A DNA stretch of 32,000 nucleotides, taken from Candidatus Kuenenia stuttgartensis (GTDB taxonomy: Bacteria > Planctomycetota > Brocadiia > Brocadiales > Brocadiaceae). The notes under the pieces are model-generated. The model did no database searches. It saw nothing but the letters and a program-made list of their open reading frames with translations, and was not told the DNA's origin. The translations under genes and the position numbers were made by a program. Below, piece by piece: positions 7,727 through 15,659 of the stretch. Each line of letters begins with the position of its first letter. Position 1 is the first letter of the stretch. The DNA lies in assembly GCF_900232105.1 (NCBI RefSeq), contig NZ_LT934425.1, forward strand, positions 150,001 through 182,000. Reading direction: 5' to 3'.

Positions 7727-8143
7727 CTAACGAAGCAACATCAGCCCCCCTAAAATTAACAGCATACCCATAACTTTGGAAAAGGTAACCTCCTCTCCCA
7801 AAAAAATACAACCAAAAAAAAAGGTAAACAACGGGGCGCTGCTGGTAATAGGAACAACTTTTGAAATTTCCCCCGTTTTAATTGCCTTAAAAAATATCAC
7901 CTGTGCTATAAAACCCGCCAAAAGACCTGCAAGCACAAGGCAGCAAATGGACTTGATTCCCATCCTCCCGACGGCTGACAGATTTGAAGTAAACAACACG
8001 ATAATAATAACACCAATGACTACGCCCGAACTTCGCACTATATAAGCCGTCATAGGTTCAACAGAAGAAAGCCCTACCTTTTCTAAAAAAGCAACGGTAC
8101 CCCAGAGAATAGCGGTAATAATTGCAAGATAATATGGCGCCAT
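7727..8143 (-). CDS. Small EamA/DMT-family membrane transporter (single EamA domain)
   Basis: 138-aa ORF, four to five hydrophobic helices, EamA-like pattern (ILWGTVAFLEK ... PLFTFFFGCIFLGEEVTFSKVMGMLLILGGLMLL). Confidence 0.7.
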   Translation of the reverse strand: MAPYYLAIITAILWGTVAFLEKVGLSSVEPMTAYIVRSSGVVIGVIIIVLFTSNLSAVGRMGIKSICCLVLAGLLAGFIAQVIFFKAIKTGEISKVVPITSSAPLFTFFFGCIFLGEEVTFSKVMGMLLILGGLMLLR

Positions 8144-8183
8144 ATTGCCTTACCTCGAATAGTTGTTCTGAATGCTGAATAGT

Positions 8184-8256
8184 GTAGAGGCGAAGCATTT
8201 GCTATAGATTGTCATAAATGCGTTCATACCCAAACGGGCAAATGCTTCGCCCCTAC
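8184..8256. repeat. REP/REPIN-like GTAG-headed long hairpin
   Basis: GTAGAGGCGAAGCATTTGC (8184-8202) pairs with GCAAATGCTTCGCCCCTAC (8238-8256): 19-bp arms, 1 mismatch, 35-nt loop. A diverged partial copy (GTAGGGGCGAAGCAT...TATGAACG) lies at 4698-4750. Confidence 0.7.
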
Positions 8257-8320
8257 GTGCATTGTTTGCAGATTAAAACTTTATATGATTCTTGTGAAAC
8301 GGACAATGAAATTCTCCAGA

Positions 8321-8422
8321 TACAGTCGGCAATAGGCAATCGGCAATCTACAGTCGGCAGTCGGCAAATTGCAGATTGATGACTGGGGATTGGAGACCGG
8401 AGATTGGATATTGGAGACTGGT
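8321..8422 (+). repeat. Short-period tandem-motif tract (GTCGGCA / CAATC units followed by ATTGGAGAC-type units)
   Basis: TACAGTCGGCAATAGGCAATCGGCAATCTACAGTCGGCAGTCGGCAAATTGCAGATTGATGACTGGGGATTGGAGACCGGAGATTGGATATTGGAGACTGG. Its core recurs at 13731-13776 and 28236-28280. Confidence 0.8.
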
Positions 8423-8642
8423 GCCTGAGGGCAGTCGTTATTTCCCGGCAAAATGAAGCTTTTATCCGCACCGCCATGCACTTTTAACCCCGTATGATGC
8501 ATGGTGTTACGTCCTATTACGTTTCAGCCTGATAGCTTTATATGCCTTGATTTGCCGCAATACTTTTGTTACCATTTACCATTTATAAAATTATTTGTAA
8601 AATGATTTTTTTTAAACCGTAAGCAGAGGTTTACCAATAAAG

Positions 8643-9611
8643 GTGCTGGATTTGTGCAAATATATCATCGGCGTGGATTTAGGCGGCACTAATTTAAAAG
8701 CCGGCATTGTTGGGCGGGATGGCAACATTTTGTATCAATTTTCAATAAAAACGAACGCCCATGCGGAATCACAGGTAATTTCCCATCAAATATGTGAACT
8801 TATCGCCGGAATAATAAAAAATGTCCGCATTGAGAAGTCCGATATTCTTGGTATAGGGCTTGGTTCTCCCGGACTTATTGATAAAAAAGGCGAGACTATT
8901 TTGTTTTCACCAAATTTATCCAAATGGCGTGATATCCCCATTAAAAAAATTATATCCGATACATTTGGTTTGCCCTGCATCCTGGAAAATGATGCAAATG
9001 CAGCCGCCTGGGGAGAAAAATGGGTAGGGGCCGGGAAAGACGTCAGTTCATTGGTAATGTTAACGCTGGGTACGGGAATCGGTGGCGGCATTATCCTGGA
9101 TAATAAGTTGTGGCGGGGAATAAATAATACTGCCGGAGAAATAGGCCATATGTCGATACAAACAGACGGCCCTCTGTGTAATTGCGGCAATTATGGATGT
9201 ATTGAGGTGTATGCATCCGCGCCTGGCATGGTAAGACGATTCAGGGAGTTATTGGAAAGCGGCAAGGCTTCATTATTAAAAAAGGATGAGGAAATTACCG
9301 CTAAGAGGATCAATGAAGCTGCCGTACAGGGAGATGGTGCATCGTTGAGTATCATTGAAGAAACAGGACGCTATCTCGGCATTGCTATCGTTAATATCAT
9401 ACACATATTGAATCCCGGGGCTGTTGTATTGTCAGGTGGCCTGATTGGTTCTGGAGAATTGTTAATGCGTCCGGTTAAACGGACAATAGAAGAAAGGGTT
9501 TTAAAGGCATCATATAAGGATACGAAAATACTATTTTCACAACTTGGTACTGATGCGGGAATAATAGGAGCTGCCGGATGTCTACTGAAAGAATTAGAAA
9601 TTTCTGCATAA
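8643..9611 (+). CDS. glk: ROK-family glucokinase
   Basis: IIGVDLGGTNLKAGIV N-terminus, ENDANAAAWGE, and the ROK zinc motif GHMSIQTDGPLCNCGNYGCIEVYAS. The start is either GTG 8643 or TTG 8652 (AGGTG 6 nt upstream). Confidence 0.85.
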   Translation: MLDLCKYIIGVDLGGTNLKAGIVGRDGNILYQFSIKTNAHAESQVISHQICELIAGIIKNVRIEKSDILGIGLGSPGLIDKKGETILFSPNLSKWRDIPIKKIISDTFGLPCILENDANAAAWGEKWVGAGKDVSSLVMLTLGTGIGGGIILDNKLWRGINNTAGEIGHMSIQTDGPLCNCGNYGCIEVYASAPGMVRRFRELLESGKASLLKKDEEITAKRINEAAVQGDGASLSIIEETGRYLGIAIVNIIHILNPGAVVLSGGLIGSGELLMRPVKRTIEERVLKASYKDTKILFSQLGTDAGIIGAAGCLLKELEISA

Positions 9612-11380
9612 TTGCACATATCGATCACGGAAAGTCAACCCTGGCAGACCGCCTTCTGGAAAGGACGCAGGCGATATCTACGAGAGAATTCCGGAATCAG
9701 ATGCTTGATGATATGGATTTGGAACGTGAACGCGGCATTACCATAAAGGCAAGTGCGGTGGCATTGACGCTCAGGCGCGGGGAAACAGAGTATAATTTAA
9801 ACCTCATCGATACCCCGGGCCATGTTGATTTTAGCTATGAAGTATCGAGAAGTCTGGGTTCATGCGAAGGGGCTTTGCTGCTGGTGGACGCCTCGCAGGG
9901 TGTGGAGGCGCAGACAGTCGCCAATACCTACCTTGCAATGGAACATGATCTGGTAATTATCCCTGTGGTAAGTAAAATTGATTTGCCGCAGTCACGCCCT
10001 TATGAGGTATTAGCTGAAATGGAAAAGACCCTGGGCATTAGCTCTGAAGAGGCATTAATGGTGAGCGCAAAGAGCGGAGAAGGCGTTGATCAGATTTTTG
10101 ACGCTATTATTAAATATATCCCACCGCCAAAAGGCGATCCCAGTGGGCCGCTGCGGGCGTTAATTTTCGATTCGGAGTATGATGCGTACAGGGGCGTCAT
10201 TATTTATCTGCGTGTCTTTGACGGATCGTTAAAAGTGGGCGATGAAATATTCATGATAAAAACACGGCGTTCGTTTAAGGTGGAAGAGGTCGGCGTCTTT
10301 AAACCAAAAATGGCACCCAAAAACGGACTGTTTACCGGTGAAGTAGGATATTGCATTGCCAATATTAAGTCCATTCACGATGTTAAAGTAGGCGATACTG
10401 TCACCTTAAACAAGGAAAAAGCGGAAAAACCGTTAACAGGCTACCGGCAGCCAATACCAATGGTCTATTGCGGTATCTATCCTGTGGACAATGCTGATTT
10501 TAAAGTGCTTCGTGAGGCACTGGAACGTTTAAGCCTGAACGATTCTTCCTTCAGCTTTATCCCTGAAACTTCTCAGGCGTTGGGATTCGGTTTCCGGTGC
10601 GGATTTCTCGGGCTTTTACATATGGATATCGTTCAGGAACGTCTGGAACGGGAAAGTCATATCAATATAGTGCAGACGGCGCCTAACGTAACCTATGAAA
10701 TTTTAAAAACAAATAAAGAAGTAATCAGAGTCGATAATCCTGAAAGTGTTCCTCCGGTAAATGAAATAGATGAATTTCGCGAACCAATGGTGCGGTCAAG
10801 TTTTGTCTTGCCTACAGAATATTTAGGCGCTATCATGCAACTTGCTGAAGCAAGAAGGGGCAGATACAAAAGCACTGAATATTTAAGTGAAAAACGTGCG
10901 ATTCTTGTATACGAACTGCCCTTAGCGGAAATCATTTTTGATTTTTTTGATAAAATGAAATCAGCCACAAGAGGCTATGGAACATTGGATTACGACTTAA
11001 TAGGATACGAATCTGCCGATCTTGTAAAATTAGATATCCTGGTTGGCGGGAAAAGAGTAGACGCCCTTTCAACCATAGTACACAAAAAGGATGCAGAGGT
11101 CAGAGGAAGAAAACAGGTGAAGAAGTTAAAAAAAGAGATTTCCAGACACCTGTTTGAAGTGGTACTGCAGGCAGCTATCGGGAGCAGGGTAATTGCCAGG
11201 GAGACCATTAAACCTATTGCTAAAAATGTTACGGCCAAATGTTACGGCGGAGATATTACGAGAAAAAGGAAACTTCTTGAAAAACAGAAAGAAGGGAAAA
11301 AACGTATGAAATCGGTGGGAAACGTGGAAATACCCCAGAAAGCATTCTTGTCCGTACTGTCGATTGATGATGATGAATAA
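9578..11380 (+). CDS. lepA: Elongation factor 4 (LepA)
   Basis: 600 aa with IRNFCIIAHIDHGKSTLADRLLE, DTPGHVDF, the LepA-specific C-terminal domain, and ..AKCYGGDITRKRKLLEKQKEGKKRMK. Overlaps the glk 3' end by 34 nt. Confidence 0.97.
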   Translation: MSTERIRNFCIIAHIDHGKSTLADRLLERTQAISTREFRNQMLDDMDLERERGITIKASAVALTLRRGETEYNLNLIDTPGHVDFSYEVSRSLGSCEGALLLVDASQGVEAQTVANTYLAMEHDLVIIPVVSKIDLPQSRPYEVLAEMEKTLGISSEEALMVSAKSGEGVDQIFDAIIKYIPPPKGDPSGPLRALIFDSEYDAYRGVIIYLRVFDGSLKVGDEIFMIKTRRSFKVEEVGVFKPKMAPKNGLFTGEVGYCIANIKSIHDVKVGDTVTLNKEKAEKPLTGYRQPIPMVYCGIYPVDNADFKVLREALERLSLNDSSFSFIPETSQALGFGFRCGFLGLLHMDIVQERLERESHINIVQTAPNVTYEILKTNKEVIRVDNPESVPPVNEIDEFREPMVRSSFVLPTEYLGAIMQLAEARRGRYKSTEYLSEKRAILVYELPLAEIIFDFFDKMKSATRGYGTLDYDLIGYESADLVKLDILVGGKRVDALSTIVHKKDAEVRGRKQVKKLKKEISRHLFEVVLQAAIGSRVIARETIKPIAKNVTAKCYGGDITRKRKLLEKQKEGKKRMKSVGNVEIPQKAFLSVLSIDDDE

Positions 11381-12899
11381 AAAAGGGTGGTTTGTGTTCA
11401 AAAATAAGGAAAACACTAAAAAGACAGATTTGCCGGATAAAAAGAAAAAGCGTAAACATAAGTTACGCGAAAATATAGAATCAATAGCCATAGCGGTGGC
11501 ATTGGCATTCGCTATCCGTTATTTTGTCGTAGAAGCATTTAAAATTCCAACAGGATCGATGGCGCCTACTCTGTTGGGTGTGCATAAGGACGTCAGTTGC
11601 CCTAACTGTAACTGGAGTTTCTATGCCGACCGCCAAAGCGAGACCGCTACCTGCCCCAATTGCCAATTTGAAATAAATACCTCTCTTTACTGCACTGCAT
11701 GCAATGGCAAGATCCGATACAACTGGCCCCCCTGGCTATGGAGAAAAGGCACATGCCCCGCTTGCCAAACAAAAATAGCATGGAAGGATTTGTCAAACCG
11801 GGTCACGCATGGCGGTAACAGAATACTGGTAAATAAATTCTGGTATACATTTACCAAACCGAAACGCTGGGACGTCATGGTCTTTGTCTATCCGTTCTAT
11901 GATATAAAATGTAAAAACTGTTCGGTTCTGATACCTGATGTAAAATGGCGTGACAGTTTATCCTGTCCGCGGTGTGGTTCTACAAAATTTTCAAAAAAGA
12001 AGAAGAATTATATTAAACGGCTGATTGGATTGCCGGGTGAAAAGCTGCAGATCGTAAATGGTGATATTTATATAAACGACAAAATACAAAGAAAACCTGA
12101 AAAAGCACAGAATGCGTTATGGATGCCTGTTTATAACGGTAATTACACCATACATGAAGAAGTGGTTCCTACCTGGATAATAGACAATGAATTTTGGAAT
12201 GTCACTGAGAAATCACTGTCATTGAATAATCTGAATAAAGATAATTCCGGGACGTCGCTGGTTACTTTTGGGCAACAAATATCCGATCAGAACGGTTACA
12301 ATAACCGTTCCGGAGAAAATGAAGTGGGAGACATCAAAATAAGCCTTAACGTTACTCCGGCAAAAGGGTCGCATCGATTGGAATTTGTTCTTGAAAAAAA
12401 TGAAGAGGTCTTTTCCGCCAGTATTCCCATCGAAGATATCGCAAACAAGTGTACTCTTTCGAGATCAAATAATGTTGTAGTGGAAAAAGATTTTCATTTA
12501 ACCGTCAACCAGACACATAAGATAGAATTTTCCAATGTAGATCATATCGTATCGCTTAAAGTAAATGACGTTAATGTATTTTCATTCGACTATTATAACG
12601 GGAGTATCCCCGCGTTCCGCCCATTTGACTCAAGCAAGGTGCGTTTTGGCGGGACGAACGCAAAGGTGAAGTATGACAATATTCAAATATATCACGACAT
12701 TTATTATACACGCCTTTCGGACGATACCTATGGCACTTCCCAGCCAATTCAATTGAAGGAAAAAGATTATTTTGTATTAGGGGATAACAGCAGAAACAGT
12801 AACGATAGCCGCGTGTGGAAGTTTGTTCCAGAAAAGAATGTTATAGGGAAGGCATTTTTTGTATTCTGGCCATTAGAAAACATCAACTTTATTAAATAG
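11364..12899 (+). CDS. lepB: Signal peptidase I (S26) with three inserted Cys4 zinc-ribbon-like modules and a long box D-E insertion
   Basis: TM anchor IAIAVALAFAIRYFVV; catalytic Ser box IPTGSMAPTL; GNRILVNKFWY; catalytic Lys box YIKRLIGLPGEKLQI; YFVLGDNSRNSNDSRVW. Six CxxC motifs lie between residues 79 and 204. Four consecutive ATGs at 11364-11375 overlap the lepA stop. Confidence 0.9.
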   Translation: MMMMNKKGWFVFKNKENTKKTDLPDKKKKRKHKLRENIESIAIAVALAFAIRYFVVEAFKIPTGSMAPTLLGVHKDVSCPNCNWSFYADRQSETATCPNCQFEINTSLYCTACNGKIRYNWPPWLWRKGTCPACQTKIAWKDLSNRVTHGGNRILVNKFWYTFTKPKRWDVMVFVYPFYDIKCKNCSVLIPDVKWRDSLSCPRCGSTKFSKKKKNYIKRLIGLPGEKLQIVNGDIYINDKIQRKPEKAQNALWMPVYNGNYTIHEEVVPTWIIDNEFWNVTEKSLSLNNLNKDNSGTSLVTFGQQISDQNGYNNRSGENEVGDIKISLNVTPAKGSHRLEFVLEKNEEVFSASIPIEDIANKCTLSRSNNVVVEKDFHLTVNQTHKIEFSNVDHIVSLKVNDVNVFSFDYYNGSIPAFRPFDSSKVRFGGTNAKVKYDNIQIYHDIYYTRLSDDTYGTSQPIQLKEKDYFVLGDNSRNSNDSRVWKFVPEKNVIGKAFFVFWPLENINFIK

Positions 12900-12901
12900 A
12901 T

Positions 12902-13720
12902 ATGAACTTACTCCGAACAGAAGGGCTAACAAAATCTTTCGGTAAACGCACTGTTGTAAACAATGTCAGTTTCGAAATAAACAGAGGCGAGATAGTCGGA
13001 TTGCTTGGCCAAAACGGGGCAGGGAAAAGCACCTCTTTCAATATGGTTATTGGAATTATTCGCCCAGATAGCGGAAGGGTAATATTTCAAGGCGAAGACG
13101 TTACCCATATGCCTATATATTTACGGGCGCGTAAAGGCATGGGATATTTATGCCAGGAACCGTCTGTTTTCCAGCGTTTAACGGTGGAAGAAAATATTCT
13201 GGCGATCCTGGAAACCCACAGATACAATTCTCATGAAAAATACAAATTACTTGTCGATTTGCTTACCGAATTCAATTTGAAATCGCTTTCAAAACATAAG
13301 GCATTTACCCTTTCCGGCGGAGAAAGAAGGCGTCTTGAAATTGCGCGGGCGCTTGCAAGCTCTCCTTCCATGATTTTGCTGGACGAACCCTTCACCGGCG
13401 TGGATCCTATTGCGGTAAATGAGGTGCAGGAAATCGTTTTAAAACTCCGAGATAAGGGCATCGGCATTCTTATTACCGACCACAATGTCCGGGAGGCGCT
13501 GAGCATTACCTCTCATTCATATATTATCAGCGAAGGCGAGGTTGTCGCAAAAGGCACAACACAGGAAATATTAAATAATCCGGTCGCACGCCAGTCTTAT
13601 CTCGGTGATAATTTCCCGAACAGTGAACATCGGTTAGCCGATTTCGATTATCAGCACAGGAAAACATCAACAAATAAAAAGAAAAAACCCATTGTTCGAA
13701 AAGACGCCATTATAAAATAG
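12902..13720 (+). CDS. lptB: LPS export ABC transporter ATP-binding protein LptB (with basic C-terminal extension)
   Basis: Walker A GQNGAGKST, signature LSGGERRRLEIARAL, Walker B ILLDEPFTGVDP, and the LptB-like tail NNPVARQSYLGDNF. Confidence 0.85.
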   Translation: MNLLRTEGLTKSFGKRTVVNNVSFEINRGEIVGLLGQNGAGKSTSFNMVIGIIRPDSGRVIFQGEDVTHMPIYLRARKGMGYLCQEPSVFQRLTVEENILAILETHRYNSHEKYKLLVDLLTEFNLKSLSKHKAFTLSGGERRRLEIARALASSPSMILLDEPFTGVDPIAVNEVQEIVLKLRDKGIGILITDHNVREALSITSHSYIISEGEVVAKGTTQEILNNPVARQSYLGDNFPNSEHRLADFDYQHRKTSTNKKKKPIVRKDAIIK

Positions 13721-13730
13721 TGTCTTAAGC

Positions 13731-13776
13731 AGTAGGCAATTCTACAGTCTACAATCTACAGTCGGCAATCGGTAGT
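13731..13776 (+). repeat. Copy of the GGCAATCTACAGTCGGCAA short-motif tract
   Basis: AGTAGGCAATTCTACAGTCTACAATCTACAGTCGGCAATCGGTAG shares CAATCTACAGTCGGCAA (17 nt) with 8344-8360 and 28242-28258, on the same strand. Confidence 0.7.
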
Positions 13777-13809
13777 TAATGAAGGACTAAGGATGAAAGA
13801 CCACTTAAT

Positions 13810-14556
13810 ATGAATAGCATAAAAAGTTATTTACGTAACGTTTATATCATCTTTCTCTCAGCCGTGTCTGCATTGTTTTTTCTGGGTGGGTGCGCCACTC
13901 AAAAAGAAAAAACGGAAATTCCATTGCTTAAAGAAAAGCCGGTAGCTTCTGAAGAACCACAAAAGGCGATGACTACCTATACGATTATGAAAGGGGATAC
14001 ATTGTGGCGTATTTCAAAAAATTACGGTGTGTCGGTCGAGTCAATTGTGGCGGCAAATCAAATAAAAGATATACGGGATTTAAAGATAGGACAGAAAATT
14101 ACTATTCCTTCGAACAATGTTTCCTATACATATAGCAACCCAACAGTAAGCGCAATGCCGTCTCAAAACCGGGTAGTTTCTTCAAAAGGTTTTATCTGGC
14201 CCGTAAAAGGGGATATCGTATCGCATTTTAATCAAACAAGAAACGGCAAAAAGTTTATGGGTATAAGTATACAACCCCATTCAAGACAAGAAATCGTTGC
14301 GGCAAAAAAAGGAACGGTAGAAGCAGTTTCCGGTTCGGACAATAATTTTTATGTGGTCGTAATCAAACATGATGGGGAAGTAAGAACTTTATACGGCGTC
14401 CATTGCATACCAATTGTCAGCGAGGGAAACTATATTGAACAAGGGCAGACAATTGCCACTTTTGATCCCCTCACAAAGGAAAGCAGCACAAAAGAAATTC
14501 ACTTTAAAATATATGTAAAAGATAAACCTGTTAACCCTGTCTCTTATTTACCTTAA
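13810..14556 (+). CDS. LysM + degenerate M23/LytM-domain lipoprotein (NlpD/EnvC-like)
   Basis: Lipobox FLGGC. LysM domain: YTIMKGDTLWRISKNYGVSVESIVAANQIKDIRDLKIGQKITIP. The C-terminal LytM fold has KFMGISIQ in place of HxGxD and EIHFKIY in place of HLHFE. Confidence 0.8.
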   Translation: MNSIKSYLRNVYIIFLSAVSALFFLGGCATQKEKTEIPLLKEKPVASEEPQKAMTTYTIMKGDTLWRISKNYGVSVESIVAANQIKDIRDLKIGQKITIPSNNVSYTYSNPTVSAMPSQNRVVSSKGFIWPVKGDIVSHFNQTRNGKKFMGISIQPHSRQEIVAAKKGTVEAVSGSDNNFYVVVIKHDGEVRTLYGVHCIPIVSEGNYIEQGQTIATFDPLTKESSTKEIHFKIYVKDKPVNPVSYLP

Positions 14557-14572
14557 TAATGGAGAAAGCAGT

Positions 14573-14791
14573 ATGCCCGTATATGAATTTAAATGCAATA
14601 AATGCAACATAACATTTGAGGAATATTTTAAAAGCACCTCTGAACAAAAAATGCTATTCTGCCCTTCCTGCCGAAGCGAACACGTTGAAAAAATATTTTC
14701 CGTTTTTGGAGCCTCAGGAACAGGCAACGGCAATCCTGCCCCCGCAGGAAACAAGGCGGGCGGCGGTTGTGGTTGTTGTGCAATGGGCTAA
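14573..14791 (+). CDS. FmdB-family zinc-ribbon protein (CxxC-CxxC) with Gly/Cys-rich tail
   Basis: MPVYEFKCNKCNITFE...FCPSCRSEHVEKIFS is the family signature. GGAG RBS 9 nt upstream. Confidence 0.8.
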   Translation: MPVYEFKCNKCNITFEEYFKSTSEQKMLFCPSCRSEHVEKIFSVFGASGTGNGNPAPAGNKAGGGCGCCAMG

Positions 14792-14838
14792 TGAGCCTTT
14801 TCCGGCGCTTCGCCACTGCATCTGTTGATAATGTTAAT

Positions 14839-14870
14839 GTAGAGACGCATTGCATGCGTCTCTTTGTTTT
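14839..14870 (+). terminator. Hairpin plus T-rich tail downstream of the FmdB-like gene (also a GTAG-headed REP-like unit)
   Basis: GT-AGAGACGCAT-TGC-ATGCGTCTCT (10-bp stem, 14841-14863) followed by TTGTTTTG. Confidence 0.5.
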
Positions 14871-14898
14871 GTAAACATTTTCATTACGCATAGCAGTT

Positions 14899-14924
14899 TC
14901 CAGACGCATACAATGCGTCTCTGC
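14899..14924 (-). repeat. Inverted second copy of the AGAGACGCATTG.ATGCGTCT palindrome (REPIN-like doublet partner)
   Basis: The reverse complement of CCAGACGCATACAATGCGTCTCTGC is GCAGAGACGCATTGTATGCGTCTGG. This nearly matches 14839-14863 in opposite orientation, 37 nt away. Confidence 0.65.
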
Positions 14925-15172
14925 AAAATATCGAAAATTCCTAAACTGGCAGCACCGGAACCAAACAAGCACGAGATAAGAAATACGAAATACGAAAAAG
15001 GAACCACAGATTGCACAGATTAAAAAATTAATCACAAACTTAACAATGACTAATTCAGAACATATTTCAGATTTCACAATTAAATATTTTGCAAAAAAAC
15101 ACGCACTGACGAATGGAAGTGTGCAAAGAAATTACTGATAAGGTAAATGTTAAAATAAAGGATTTTTGAATT

Positions 15173-15658
15173 ATGAAAAATATATGGGCGCCATGGCGTG
15201 TGACGTATATTAAGAACGCGTCTGAAAAAGAGGCATGTTTTTTATGCGAAGCGTACAACGGCAGTTCGGAAGAAGAAAAACATATCGTATGCCGCGGCGA
15301 GCAATGTTTTTGCATTCTGAATAAATATCCCTATAACAGCGGACACCTTATGGTTGTCCCAAACAGGCATGTGGCAGATATCACCGAACTTGCCGATAGT
15401 GAATTATTGGAGATAATGAAGATGGCGGGCAAGATGCAAAAACACCTTTCATCGCTTATGAAACCCGATGGTTTTAATATAGGCATTAACCTGGGAAAAT
15501 CAGCCGGCGCGGGGTTGCCAGGCCATATACATTTGCATATAGTACCAAGATGGAACGGCGATACGAATTTTATGCCGGTCTTTTCAGACGTAAAGATCAT
15601 ATCTCAGTCATTGGAATATATTGCTGCGGAACTTAAAAAAAGCATTTCGGGTGGGTAA
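15173..15658 (+). CDS. HIT-family nucleotide hydrolase/transferase (Ap4A phosphorylase / GalT-like branch)
   Basis: NKYPYNSGHLMVVPNRH and the histidine triad GHIHLHIVPRW. Confidence 0.85.
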   Translation: MKNIWAPWRVTYIKNASEKEACFLCEAYNGSSEEEKHIVCRGEQCFCILNKYPYNSGHLMVVPNRHVADITELADSELLEIMKMAGKMQKHLSSLMKPDGFNIGINLGKSAGAGLPGHIHLHIVPRWNGDTNFMPVFSDVKIISQSLEYIAAELKKSISGG

Positions 15659-15659
15659 A

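Noticed and set aside
8189-8256. Sigma-54-like -24/-12 spacing (GGC-N8-TTGC) in both arms of the 8184-8256 palindrome. The minus-strand copy lies ~95 nt upstream of the EamA gene.
   Set aside because: Only GG..TTGC is matched, and the conserved TGGCAC is not. The motif appears on both strands simply because the sequence is a palindrome. A by-eye scan found no TGGCAC-N5-TTGC in any intergenic region.
8321-8422. Considered whether the short-repeat tracts (also 13731-13776, 28236-28280) could be a CRISPR array.
   Set aside because: The units are only 7-9 nt with no unique spacers of 25-40 nt, there are no cas genes in the window, and the tracts are dispersed, not arrayed.
8253-8502. Two overlapping minus-strand ORFs (73-74 aa) with repetitive peptides (SPISNLRSPIPS.., CRLPTVDCRLPIADC).
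   Set aside because: Their periodic amino-acid patterns are just the translation of the short tandem DNA motifs at 8321-8422. No start context, no family resemblance.
14573-14791. The Gly/Cys-rich tail (..AGNKAGGGCGCCAMG) of the zinc-ribbon protein, considered as a possible RiPP-type precursor.
   Set aside because: The N-terminus is the standard FmdB-family zinc ribbon, such Gly/Cys tails are, as far as I recall, common in that family, and no modifying enzymes are adjacent.
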